From contig NC_087447.1 of the NCBI RefSeq assembly GCF_036321535.1, positions 39,248,001 through 39,312,000 of the forward strand: a stretch of DNA of 64,000 nt. The letters are read 5' to 3'. The notes below the pieces were generated by a model. That model was not told the DNA's origin and ran no database searches. It was given only the letters and a program-made list of their open reading frames with translations. The DNA is from Camelus dromedarius. Its lineage: Eukaryota. This document shows positions 1 to 12,845 of the stretch, in pieces. The position numbers and the translations under genes were made by a program. Numbering within the stretch: the first letter of the stretch is position 1; each line of letters starts with the position of its first letter.

Positions 1-3000
1 ATGTATCGTATTATCCTTCCAATCCCATGAGGTTGGTTTAATGATCACTCTTTCATAGATAGGGATTAGGCTCAAGAGAGATTTGGTAACTGCTTGGCAG
101 TGGCGGAACTGCTGAGATTGGGTCGCAGGGGATGAGAACATTCCAGGTGGGGTGAACAGCGTCACCCATGGAACAGGAGCTTGGAAGGCCTGGCACACTC
201 GGGGAAGGACAGGCTCGTGGTCCAGGGGCGCTGGAGGCTGGGCTTGCACACTGGGGGCCACGGCATCCATTGAAGGCCCATCTGTGGCCTGCCCACTCTT
301 ACGTGGGTGCCCACCAGCAGTGTCCTAGGCAAAACTGCTCCCTGGACCAGCACCACTGCCTCCTAACCCATCTCCCTGCCATGCTTGTCGGCCCCACCTC
401 AGTCCACAGGCAGCCAGAACAATTCTTAAAAAAATTTAAATCAGATATTATTTTCTTGCTCTTAATGCACTGGTATAATCCCATCATGCCTGGTGACCAG
501 CAGACCCTTAACTGACGTCGAGTGAATAGATGACTCCCTCTTCCCTACAGCCTCATCCAGGGGGAAGGACCGCTTCTTCCATGCCTCCTCAGCAGGAGGG
601 GAGTCTGCCTGACAGCCAGGTGCGGCCAGTCAGATGAAGGCCAGGCCACCATATTAATCTGTCAAAATTCACGAGGAGAGAGGTGAGCCATTTGGACCAC
701 CCTCGGGGCAACTTTCGGGTTAAGGTTTTTAAAATAAAATCACTTACTCCAGAGGGACACACTTGACCAAGTAAAATGAGGTCTGCAGATATGCTTGGGC
801 TGGGAAGACTGTCACAGACACCTCGTCCCACAGCTCTGGACAGCTCTCTGAGTGGGGTCGATGCATAAGAGCCGCTTAGGGCAGACAGAGCTGCAGGCAG
901 GCAATGAAAGGCTTTCCTCACGGAGTCTGTGAATTTAAGGGGTGGAGCCAATGACTGTATTCTTTTCTGGAGGCTGAATACAGTGGAGCCTAATATTTTC
1001 TCAGAAGCTGGGGGCAACTATGAAACTAGAGCTGAAACAAAGTATTACAGATGTGAATCAGTGACTATTTGGAACAAAAGGATATACTTCCTAAGGATCA
1101 CTACCACTCCCAGGGCTTAAATCCAGGCTCTCTGAGGGCCAACTCATTCCAAAGCCTTTTGTAATAAGAAGCTGCATAAACACACATACATACACACGCA
1201 TGTATGCAGGTATATTTTTAAAGGAATGGCAACAACATCAAAAGAATGAGAATAATAACAAACTCTCCCCCCCACCCCCACCAAGAAAACTGAATTTAGT
1301 AACAAAGACCTTCCCTAGTAGGCCCAGGTAGGAGTGTTAACTGATCACTGCATGAATGACTTGTTCTCTGGTTAAACAGCACAGTATGCGAGTGGGAGAG
1401 GAGTCAGGGGAGCTCTGGAAGCCAAGTAAGTCCCCAGACCCTTTCAGGAGGCAGGTAACTTCAGGTTTTCTGTGCTGTACCACACTGGTACGAGGCAAGT
1501 TTCAAAGGCTCTGCTCTTTGAGCAGGAAGATGGGAGGAGAAGGGTCAGCACAGCACAGACATAACGTCTGTAGAGGAAGGGGGTTGAATCTCCGTGGGGA
1601 TGAGGGCCCTGTTTGTCCTGGATTTCAGAGCAAGGGGACGCCAAGAGCAGGGCAAATGGCCAAGTCCCAGTCTGACAGAGAAGTACAACATAATAGAAGA
1701 ATCAACAAGGATGTTCAGGAAAATTGCTTTTATGTGCCCAACTCCAAGCTTTTCTGGGTAGTCAAAAGCCAAGCAGATAAGAGAGGCGGAAAGATCCTGG
1801 GACAGTCAGTCATCCAGAGTTTCAGAAAGGACAACAGCACAGTGAACTGTCCTAAATATGTCCAGAGATCAGACTTGGCCATGAGGAAAAGGACTGGGAG
1901 TGGCTGGTGATGGGGAGGCAGGGGGTAGTTAATTAAAAGTAGTTTCCTGAAGGTAACAGCCCAGTGGACAACTGGAGGGACACTGAGAGGCTGATCCTCA
2001 CTAAAAGTTGAGAATTAGGGAGAAAATATAAGCTCACTTGAGACAAAGCTGCACCATGCACAAATCTAGGCCCCTACATGCAAACTGGCTCATCACCCCT
2101 CGGAAAAGATGGACATGTCCAGAGATGGGCAGGTCAAGGGACCCAGATAGTCAGCCCCTGGCTCACGTCCTCAGCTTTTGCTTTCTCCACCTGCAGACCC
2201 CAGCCTGGCCTGGGCTGACTGAATGGGAGAGGCAGCTCAGAGGCCTCCTTGATCTCATCCATCTGGTGGACACAGAAGGAGCCAGGTCTTAGAAGCATCC
2301 TTACTCTGGCCTTCCTGCTCCCTACAAATGGGCACGTGTAACCACCTCTGGGGCCATTCTTACAATCTGTAATTATTTTCACCACTGATTTCTCTGTGAA
2401 CTGTTCCTCTCTCCCACCAGAATGAAAGCCCCGTGAGAGTAGAGGCCAGCTCTGCCTTGCTCATCACTGTGCCCCCAGCCAGCATCTAGAACAGTGGCTG
2501 CCACACTGCAGGACCACAACAGATGAACGGATGGCCTGGGGGCTGCCCAGCTTCAAACACCAAGCATTCATCCCCAAGAGCTGTGCCCGAGCCGCCCTGC
2601 CAGGATTGGACTAAGTGCTGGATGGATGGCCCAGTGCCTTCCCCAAGGCTCTCAGCCAGCCCTGCGCCCCCACCCCTTCCCTGCAGTCCTAACCCCTCCA
2701 CCGCACCACATCCTGGGAGCACTGCTCAGGTCACTCACCTGAGCAGTAACAAGAGCGAGGGGACACTGCTACAGGGAAAAGGACAGTAAGTCCTCTTCAG
2801 TCTAGAAAAATGTTGGTGGGAAGAAGCCACAACCAAATCTATAAAGTCATGAACAGATGGAGGGGACACTAGAAATGGAAGGGTTCCTGAAAGAACAAAG
2901 GACAGGGTCACTCCATCTGAGGGTAACAGGGTCAGGGGTAACTGAGGGACACAGCAGTAGAGGATAAAGGAAAAAACAGTCACACAGCGAGTGGGAAACC

Positions 3001-3855
3001 TGCAAAATTCATTCCCTTAAGTGATAAAAGCTAATCAAATTCCAGGAGGAGAGTTCTCAGGACTTCTTTCCTAACACATTATAAACCCTTAGTTTTCTAC
3101 ATTAATGTCCAGAAGGAAAACATCCTCTTTATAGCAAGTTCCTAAAAGCCTCAGTAAGAAAATAATCTGGATAGGTCTGAGTTAACATGATGGTTTAGAG
3201 CCCAGGTCAGGTTGATTTGGCTGGAGACTATTAATTTTTGGAACTAATTTTTAACTGGCCTTTTATGATTATAAAGTAATACATGCTCATTGTTGGAAAA
3301 TAGGAAACCAGAGAGAAGAAGACGAGAACACAAGTCACCTCTAATTCCACAAGCTGAGAACCACTGCTAACACTTTGGTGCATTTCCCTCCTTCTATGAA
3401 TGAAATTTTAACAGAGTGGAGGGCATACTGTGAATATAATCTCAATTCCTGCTTTTTTCCAGTAAATTCCATCAAGTTCCAAGAAAGAAGTTCACCCTCA
3501 GTGAATAAACAAATTAAATAACAAAATGAATAAAAGAAACCCTTCATGAAGTTAAAAAAAAACTGATTATTCCACTGAGCCCCCGTTTCTTCAGCAAAAG
3601 AAAAAAAATCACAATGGCTAAGATAAAAATGGCGCATAAGGTAGAAATATTGAGCTCGTCCTTGCATCCTCTTACCTATATATTTTCAAGAAGTATTGTT
3701 TTGAACAAGCCACACATTTTTTTTTCAAATCAACATAAGAATCTTATAATTGCATCTTACCATTTTAAAACAAAAGAACATATTGTAGTGTCCTTGGGAA
3801 GGATTCATCTTCTAATCTGCAGATGAATCAAACTATTTAAAAATGATAAGTTCAC

Positions 3856-4090
3856 GAGGAGGGTACAGTTCAGTGGTAGAGCACATGCTCAGCATGCACG
3901 AGGTCCTGGGTTCAATCCCCAGTGCCTCCATTAAATAAATAATAAGAAGGAAGGAAGGAAGAAAGAAAGAAAGGAAGGAAGGGAGGGAAAAAGGAACAAA
4001 GGAAGGGAAAAAGGAACAAAGGAAGGGAAAAAGGAAGAAAGGAAGAAAGAAAGAAACCTAAGTACCTCCCCCTGCCAAAAAAAAAAAAAA
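3856..4090 (+). mobile_element. tRNA-Ala-derived SINE (camelid vic-1-like) with expanded GA-rich linker
   Basis: Head with A box and B box (GGTTCAATCC), body AAACCTAAGTACCTCCCCC and poly-A. Degenerate TSD aaatgataagttcac / aattgatcagttcac. Confidence 0.85.
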
Positions 4091-4909
4091 AATTGATCAG
4101 TTCACATTCATGGACCATGCCATCCAAATGAAAGTCTTATCTCCAGTTTTATTGTATTCTGTGACCTAAACTGTGGAGTAAGCAAATGGCCTTGCCAAGG
4201 ATATATTATGTGTCATGTGTTACCCAGATGGGAGCTGTCATGATGTCTGCCTGCATCCTGGTGGGGTACCTGGTCTTATATGTAGGCCCATGGCCTTGGC
4301 CAGTAGAGAGAAGAACCTCTCTGCTTTGTAAAGACTGTCCAGGATCAAGCTCTCCTTAGCATAATGCATTTTTTCCATCTCTCATAATATTTCACATATC
4401 ATTCAACAAACGTATCTGTGCCAGGCACTGGGTTGGTGCTGGGGACACAAAGTTGAGTAACACTGATGTTGTGCCCACTTCCACAGGGATGCAGTTTGCA
4501 GAGCACGTCCTCAGCCATTGTCCTCACACTAAGCCTGGGAGGCAGAAAAGCCACCACCCTTGTTCCCATATTCTAGATGATAAGGCAAAAATTCATTGGA
4601 GTATTCTGCCCCTGGTTATGAAATGGAAGACCTAGACTCAAACCTAGGTTTTCTGACTCCTAGTCCAGTGCTCTTTCTACTGGTGAATCTCTTATTGCCA
4701 GTTGAAGTCTTCTGTATTATTCATATTCCCTCCAGCACCTGGGTTCCACCTGGCTGCCCAGTTTCTGAGCAGTGAGTTGCCCTGACCTCTAGATGGCTGC
4801 ATATGCCCTGGTTTGTGTGCTTTCCTAGATTCTGACCCTGAGCCCAAGCATCTTCCCAGCTTTCCTAGCACAAGCCTCAAACTCTACTTACTCCTTCCCA
4901 TAAAGTAGC

Positions 4910-5312
4910 ACACTGCTAGCCTCCCACAGTGTTCAATCTCCCTTCTACCCTGAGAAACAGATTTTGCTGGACTCATGGCCTCCCATCTAAAGATATTCCT
5001 CAGCTTCCTTTGCAGCTAAATATAGCCAAATGACAAAGTTCTGGCCACTGGGATAGAAGTATGTGCTACTTCCAGGTCTTGCCCTAAAAATGACCACATG
5101 TGTGACTCCCTGATCCTTTCCCCTGGGAGATGGTAAAAATTAAAGCTTTTACCTTCAACCACCAAATGGAAGCCACGTGTTGAAGAGTGAAGGCCTGGAT
5201 CACTATCTACTCTAAACTGGTACATGAGAAAGAAATCAGCTTCCACCTGATTTCAGCCAATGTGTCTGTGGATCTTCTTAATACAGGAATTTTCTGTGTC
5301 CCAACTAATACA
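4910..5312 (+). mobile_element. MaLR (MLT1-type) solo LTR
   Basis: MLT1-like motifs (cagcttcctttgcagcta...gacaaagttctggcca...; terminal ctaataca); subfamily uncertain. Confidence 0.55.
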
Positions 5313-6654
5313 AGAAGCTTAAGTGAGACCAGTTCTACATTCTTTTAACGAAGTCCCTTGCTGCCAATTAAATGTCTTAAAGGGGATGTTCAAAACTATA
5401 TAAGAAAGTGTTCCATTCAGGTTTATTTCATGGAAAACTTTTCAAAAATGAAATGACCAGGATCACAAAGATGATTTATGTTTAGGTCACAGGAAAAATT
5501 GAGAGGGTCCAGAAAAACAACCCAGCCTCCAGCAGTAACAGGAGGGGAGTGAGCTCTAAGTGATGACACAACCAGTCCTCTCTCCTGCAGTTCACTCCAT
5601 TCCTAGAAAAGGCAGAGGGCTGAAATCACGAGACCCAAGGCTAATTTCTCCATGGAAACAATGTGATAATTAAGAGCTTGTGTTCCTAACCAAGAACTCT
5701 ATGGTCAACTCTTTAAAGAAATTATGTAAACTCCACATTTTATCACCCACTGAAACCTTGAGACTTTTAAAGATAGAAGGACTGCTGCTCCAATAACATA
5801 CCACAGGAGATCTGTGTGTATTCGCTAGCAAAGAAAGTAGGTGCAAATCAATTAAACCCAACACAGCAACCAATCACGTGAGCTTTTATTTATTCTGAGT
5901 CAGTAACAGTGTAGTGTGTAGCACAAAATACTTCACCTTAGTAATTCCTGCTGACTTCTAAATATAGTAAATCAGAACATTAAGAACATCTTCAACAGAG
6001 TGAGCAAAGAGGAACTTGGGAAGAGAGAAGTTGTCAGGAAAGTGGTGTTTATTAAGCCTGACTGCCACTGACTAGCTCTGGGACCCTGGGCAGTAGCTTA
6101 AACTCTCTAGATATTTCTAGCCTACAAAGAGACTTTATAATATCTCTCCTCTTAAGGTTGTGGTGAAGACTAGACAAGAAAACACACATAAAAACTACTT
6201 TGTAAATCACACATGAGAGGTGAATGGCATTGTTATTAGGATCATGACCTCTGGAAAGATTTTTGTGGTGAGATTTTGACCAGCATCAACATGAAAATGA
6301 AGCAGACTACCAACTACCCAGGCACTTTTTGAAAAACTGACCCAGAGCAATTCTTTTATTGTTCTGTCTTCCCCTCTTTAAAATCCCCTCATATCCATCA
6401 GTCGGCAGGAGTTAGTGAATCTGGGGCATTCACCCTTGGCATCCATTTGTTCACAAGTCACTGGACAGCTGGCAAGAGCTGTGAGATGTCAACCATGGGC
6501 TGTGAAGGAGGAGCCACAGTAAGCTGAGGCTACTGGATTGTGACACGTCTATCAACCAAAAATGCCTTCCAAACACCCAGTGTGCTGTCAGGAACCTCAA
6601 AACCAGATTCAGGAAGCATTTTAGGGCCCCAGGAAAAGAGAGGCAGAAGGCTGC

Positions 6655-6895
6655 AGCAGGTAAGCATGCAGGCTCTAGAGTGAGACTGTCCTAGGTTTGA
6701 ATCACAGCTTTTCCACTCACTATGTACCATTGGAGACTGGTCACAGTCTCCCTAACTAGAAAGTGGGACTCACAGTGGCCAGCCTGCAGGGCTATTGTGA
6801 ATATGAAACAGGAAAATCATGTAAGCACTTAGCATAGTTCTCGGCAGATGGTAAATACTCAAAGGTTAAGTACTGCTATAATTATTATTATGAAT
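6655..6895 (+). mobile_element. MIR SINE
   Basis: Resembles the MIR consensus (ggctctagagtgagactgtcctaggtttgaatc...catgtaagcacttagcatagt). Confidence 0.7.
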
Positions 6896-8224
6896 AATAA
6901 ATATATCATGCAATGCTCACAAAAAATTAAGATTTGGCAAGTTTCCAGTCCTTCTTGTCAAGACTTTGTTACAGGCTTTGTAACCAGGTACTACCTGGAC
7001 AGCAGGCTGGCTCACCCATTAATTCCCTGGGATAATCAAGGTTCTTCTGGATTCCTGCCTATTGCCCCAGGTGAAACATCTCAGAATGCCCAATCGCCCA
7101 GCTGGCTAGATACTGACACTTGTTTTTCTGGTTCACAGCTGCCCATCGCTATCCTGAGATGTGTATGCCAAGGAGAATAGATTTAGTTAGGTTATCTGTG
7201 CCTAACTTTTCCATTCATGCCCAGGTTGGTTCCTATCTCTGAGGGTGAAATATATTATCATCTTTAAAATAGGGCCCTATCCTGCAAAGTGAGGCCCGTC
7301 AGCACCCATCTGGTGGACAGCGCCACATCCCTAAACGCAACCTGGAGGCTGGGGAACTTCTGCGCCTCCAGGCTCTCCCTCAAAGGCCTGAACACCTTCA
7401 CTATTAAAATGATAACTGCTGCTCCCAACAACCGGAGAGCAACTTTACAGCTTTCAAAATCCATATTCTTTCCTTATCTCACTCCAGCATCAGAACCACA
7501 CTGTAAGGGACTGGACAGGAATTGTTACACCTGTTCCACAGATAAAGAATCAGCCACAATTTGAGACATTAAGTTATTTGGCTTAGGCTATCTGGTGCTT
7601 AGGTAGCAGAAGGACCCTAGAATGCAGGCTATCTAGTTCCCAATTAGCTGCTCTTTCCAGAAAATGTGAGTATTTGTTTTTAAACATTTGACTTCCATAA
7701 TGGTGCTTTGCTTCTGGAGAATTCATTAACCAAGGTGTCTCGGTCACAGTACAGTGCAGATTCACATACTTGAAAGCCACTCACACAGGCAGATGTTCCC
7801 CACACTCTAGAATTCTAAAGGATGACTGAACACAGCCGTGCTGATTAACATAATTGACAATTAATTCCCACTTCTGGCTCCTTTCAGCTGAATCTCTGCC
7901 TGGATTCAGCTAGGAGTCTCTGATCAGGTCTCTGCTGTAGTTAGTCCCTCTGCTCCAATCCAACTGGAACACTCACACTGGACTAATTCTTTAGGGAGAA
8001 TTATTTCACATCACTAAAATCAGAATCAGAATAATCATAAAGCAACTTCAGTGGTTGTCTACCAGTCTCTATCTCAGTAGGTAAACTTTGACTCTTCTAA
8101 AAAATGAAGGAGTGGACTAAACAGAGCCTTGTCCATTTCCAGATCATGACTGTAAAACCCCCAACCAAACCCAAATCCTGCATCTGGAGGACACTGGGAG
8201 ACAGAGGAGGACACTGATCAAGAG

Positions 8225-8450
8225 CCTCCATGGCCTGGTTTTTAAGCCTGGATCCACTGCTTCTTAGCTATGTGGATCCAGTAACCTTCTTAGGCAGGTT
8301 ACTGGATCACTCTGTGCTTCAATTTCCTCCTCTCTAAAGTGATGCTAATAATAGTACCTACTTCATGGGTTTTGTAGGCATTAAATCAGATAATATACAT
8401 AAAGTACTAAGGACACCATAAGAACTCCTCTATATTAGCAACTATATTGT
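8225..8450 (+). mobile_element. MIR SINE with internal hairpins
   Basis: MIR core (ctctgtgcttcaatttcctcc...aatagtacctacttcatggg). Confidence 0.65.
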
Positions 8451-11064
8451 CTGAAATGAAGAACCCTCCATTCTAGGCAAGTCTGTGTCCCTGGATACAA
8501 ACTGGTCATTCCTACCTCTGTGCTTTTAATGATGCTATGTTCCCACCCACTTATTCCCTGGAAGCACCTGTGCTACCCTTTTCTGTGACTCTAAATTCTA
8601 TCCACCCTTAAAAGTCTGGATTAAATCTCATCCCTTGCATGAAGCCTCCTCCCTGCCACAGCAACTCACAAAGATCTCTCTAGTCTCTGGATTCCTGTAG
8701 CAATTATAGAACATCTATAACACATTACTGGCCTTGGATTATCTTCTCTCTGCAAATGAAACTGCAGGTTCCTTGGCCACAATGACTATTTCTGCTCTTC
8801 TTCTGGGTCTAGCATGGTGCCTGGTATATTGCCGTTCAGTTATTTGTTGACTGAATAAAGAAATGTGTAGTACTGCACCCAAAGAAACATGCAGTAAGTT
8901 TTCTTTTAGTTGCTGTGGCTCAGCTATTGACTTGCTGTACTTTGGAGCCAATTAAAGATAACATAAAGATGAACATCAGCAGGGCAGGGACAACCACGGC
9001 TGGTTAAGTCCTCATCATCCATAAAAGATACTGATATCTGGATGACTTGAAGAATAAGAAAAACACAGATGTGAAAAGGAAACAGTAACCTAGAATCCAA
9101 AGTACATTGCAAGACCAAGCTCATGAACCTGTCCTGTTAGAGAGGGTGGAAAAGTTAAGGTTTTCCCCAAGCTGAACACACTCACTCAGCAATGATTTAT
9201 TGAGTGACTACTCTGTGCAGCCACCGTTGTAGTTGCTGGGGATACAGCAGAGAACAAAACAGACAAAATTCCTGCCCATATTCCAGCATTTAAGGAGGAA
9301 GGCTAGGTATAACACCACCCTCTAGCTCCAAAGTGAAATCCGCAGAGCAACAACTTCTTGCACCAACTCCTCCCTATGCCTTTAGGTAAGGAAAAAAGAA
9401 AAAAGAAAAAAAAAAGGAATGTACCATTTACAAGATATCAAACAGAGGCAGTGCTAAAAGTGCACTGTCACTCCCAGTGAGGCTCCCCTCACTCTAGAAT
9501 CTACTGTGGAAGTTCTCCATGTAACACTCTGCACCCAAAGTCAGCTAAACTCTAAGCCTCCAACACCCTAAGTCCCAACTGAGCTCTGAGACTAGCATCG
9601 TTTAAATATCAAACCTCTCAAATGGCAAATGTGGCTCTTGAGGCCAAAAACAAAACTCAGAGGTGGGAAAGGAGGAAGGTGGCTGGAGTGGTCGTTAGTT
9701 ACAGGATCAGGTCGTTTCCACCACTGCAAAACCTAAGGCTCTTTTCTCCCTTTACAGCAGAAACCTCTTCTATCATCTGAAGCCTTAAAAAAATTTTTTT
9801 TTCTTCTAGCAGGATACTGAAAATAGCTTTGCATTTAACATTTAAAATTGTTTTTGATCCCACACTCTTTTAGCTCTGCTCTCTCCTGCAAACTCATTCC
9901 ATTCCCTAAGGGCACTTATAAGTGTATTTCAAAAGCAGCAAACCAGAGTCACCATTTATATCCCTAAGAGTTAAAAAGAAAAAACGATTTACATAATTAT
10001 GTGGAAGATAAGTTGGCCAAGAACACAGGAATCTTATCCGGACCAAAAGTTCTAGGACAAAATCTCTTTTAATTCATCAAGAGAGATAGCAGATCAAAAT
10101 CACCGTTCATACTGGAGGTATAACTGTTGAGCACCACACATGGGAACTTCTTGAGTTATTTGTGTGCCACCTACTTCTTCAAAAAAAAAAAAATGGAGGT
10201 AGCCATTGGAGGGCAGGTTTGACTAATGAAATATATGCACGTTTTCCTGTTATGCTGAGAAAAGAGGATTTTATAGCCAAGAAGGACCTGAGAAATCAAA
10301 GTTCAACAAGGGCAACTTACTCAAAGTCACGTAGCAAGTCAGTGGCTGGGCCAAGACTGGAGCCCAGGCCTTTTCCAGCTCCTAGTCCAGGGGTTTCCCC
10401 ACTCTCCACGTCACTGCCTCATTTACAACACATGAAGTGAAATCTTAAAGGCACAAAGGTAAAAATCCCTTTTATAAACTTCTTTGTCAGACTGGAAAAA
10501 TAGTAGAAGTCTCTAAGGTAAATGCATCCCTTTAATGCTAATAGTAAATGACCTATAATACTATACAGATGAGGGGGTCTAGCTTCAGAAGGCTTAATTA
10601 ACGCTGATAACGCTTTAGTACTAAACAGTATGGTTTCAGCTAAAGTCTGCCCTAAATGGCTTTTGTGGGCTTGCTGGGAACCAAACCACCATTTAGTCCA
10701 TTTTTTTCTATAGAAAAATGTATCCCAAGTTTCCATCAACTGCCTTACAAATGAACTTTTGGAACAAAACCTGTTTTTAAGATGGCTGTGCATGTAAAAC
10801 AGAATTCTGAGGTCTGAAGCTCTGCACTAAACATAATTAAAACAGCAATAGTGATACATGCTAAGAGTATATTTATGAGAAAACCCTTCAAACCCTTGAT
10901 TTGTTTATATGCAATATAATGTTTTATTAAAAGCCTTTTGAGCTGTTTATACAAAATATAACCAAGGGCAAATGCACCAGTTTAGAATGCAAGTATTTAC
11001 AGGGCCTTTTAGCACTGGGCTAAGGGTGACAAGGAGGATAAATAGCTATACTCAAGGAACTCAT

Positions 11065-11440
11065 AATCCAGCTACACTGGCCTTTATTCTCCTCAAAAAC
11101 AGTCAAGCTACTTCTAACCTCAGGGCTTTTGCACCAATTATTCCCTCTTCCTGGGATATTCTCCCCCACATCTTCCCACAGCTGAGCTCAAATGTCACCT
11201 CTTCAGAGAGGCTTCCCCGAGGACCTAGCTAAAGCAACCTTCTTCATCATCACTACTGTTTTACTCTCTGTGGTTGCTTTCCTAGCATCTATCACTACCA
11301 GGAGTTACCATGCTTAACTGTTTCTGGTCTGTCTTCTCCCACTGGGGCTGTTTTGTTTACCACTGTGTCTTCAGTGCCTGGAACACTGCTGTGCACATGG
11401 TAGGCACCCAATAAACTTCACTGAATGAGTAAATGAGTAG
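11065..11440 (+). mobile_element. L2 LINE 3' end
   Basis: cctcagggcttttgcac...ctcaaatgtcacctcttcagagaggcttccc...taggcacccaataaacttcactgaatgagtaaatga. Confidence 0.7.
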
Positions 11441-12403
11441 AGTTAGAGAGTGGGAAGTGAGGACAAGATAATTATTCATGAAACAATTAAAAAAGGAGAG
11501 AACTGGCCATCCTGATTGGAATTGTTATGATCATTTACTAATTATGACGTACCAATGCTTCCAATGAATGGCTGGCAATCAAAAGTTAAAAAAAAAAATA
11601 GAGAAAGAGAGCAAAGGAGGCAAATACCATCAGAGGAGGCTTCACACAGAAGTGAGATTCAGGCAGGCCGAGGCCAAGAACAGACACCTCTCTGATCAAG
11701 GGAGAGACCTGAGTGAAGACAGACAGCAAAAGAGAGTATGGGGTGGGGTGGCCTGGGCTGGGCAGGCAGACACAGCAGAACTGAACCCCAGGTGCTGGGC
11801 TCGGTCTGGAAATGGGGCTGGTAGGGGGAACAGGGTCAGACTCTGGAGGACTGGACGCAGGGGTGCCAACCACAGGCCACTGGCAGCAGGGCTGTTCTTG
11901 GAAGACAATGTTGGCCACATCGTGTGGGAGGAATTGACAGAAGTAGAAGGTAGAGCAGAAAACTGGGTAGATGATCAGGATGGCCTAAGTAGGAGGGGCG
12001 GGGAGACAAAAAGAGCCTCTTCCCTCTGCTTAGACATGAGCAAGAGATGAGCAAGAGGGAAGTGAGCTCCCTAAAAAAAAGACAACTTCCAGAGTATTTC
12101 ACAGCAGCACTCCATGACAGATTCGGGTCAACTTCCCATACAGCCTACACTTGGAGCTCTCAAGAAGGCGAACAGAGGTTCAAAACAATGACTCTTTCCA
12201 TGCCTTTCAAATCTGAGATTAATTATCTTCAGTATAGCTTGTGTTTACTATCTTTTTATTCTTTGGAAAAAAAGTGGTATCTAATTTCACTGTGCAGTAT
12301 ATATTTGAACATTATATAACACATTTTTATGTAACAGGTTCTTGACATAAAACAATGTTTCCCATACTATCTAAATGTATTTGGGGAACAACTGGCATTA
12401 AAA

Positions 12404-12405
<2 letters not shown>

Positions 12406-12448
<43 letters not shown>

Positions 12449-12470
12449 CACACGCATACACACACACACA
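12406..12470. repeat. (CA)n microsatellite
   Basis: Directly visible, with a few interruptions. Confidence 0.95.
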
Positions 12471-12704
12471 TCCAAGGCTGTAGATACCTCTCTTTGGGTA
12501 AGGAGCTGGGGAGAGGAGGAAGACGGTGAGAGACTTTAGAAAAGGTCTCCTCCCCAGGGAGGCGCTCTGCAGATGGTTATGACACAGGGGCAGTGGGTGA
12601 TGAGTTCTGTTGGGAGGTTCATCTCACACAAAGAGCTGCCTGGGGAGGGGTCGGCTGAGCCACAGGAGGCCCATGTCACAGTAACGATGCAGAAAGGCAG
12701 GATG

Positions 12705-12845
12705 GAGGCAGGGTGTAGCTCAGTGGTAGAGTGTGTACCTAGCATGCACAAGGTCCTGGGTTCAATCCCCAGTACCTCCATTAAAATAAATACATACATA
12801 AATAAATAAACCTAATTACCTCCCCACCTCTAAAAAAAAAAAAAA
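12705..12845 (+). mobile_element. tRNA-Ala-derived SINE (vic-1-like)
   Basis: GGGTGTAGCTCAGTGGTAGAG...GGTTCAATCCCCAGTACCTCCA, AT-rich linker, AAACCTAATTACCTCCCC, poly-A. Confidence 0.85.

Noticed and set aside
1356..1910. 184-aa plus-strand ORF
   Set aside because: Antisense within the BMAL1 intron, with no recognisable homology, promoter or splice context.
2259..7319. Identical 14-mer ccatctggtggaca (CTCF-like) at 2259 and 7306
   Set aside because: Several shared 14-mers are expected by chance in 64 kb, and the CTCF match is imperfect.
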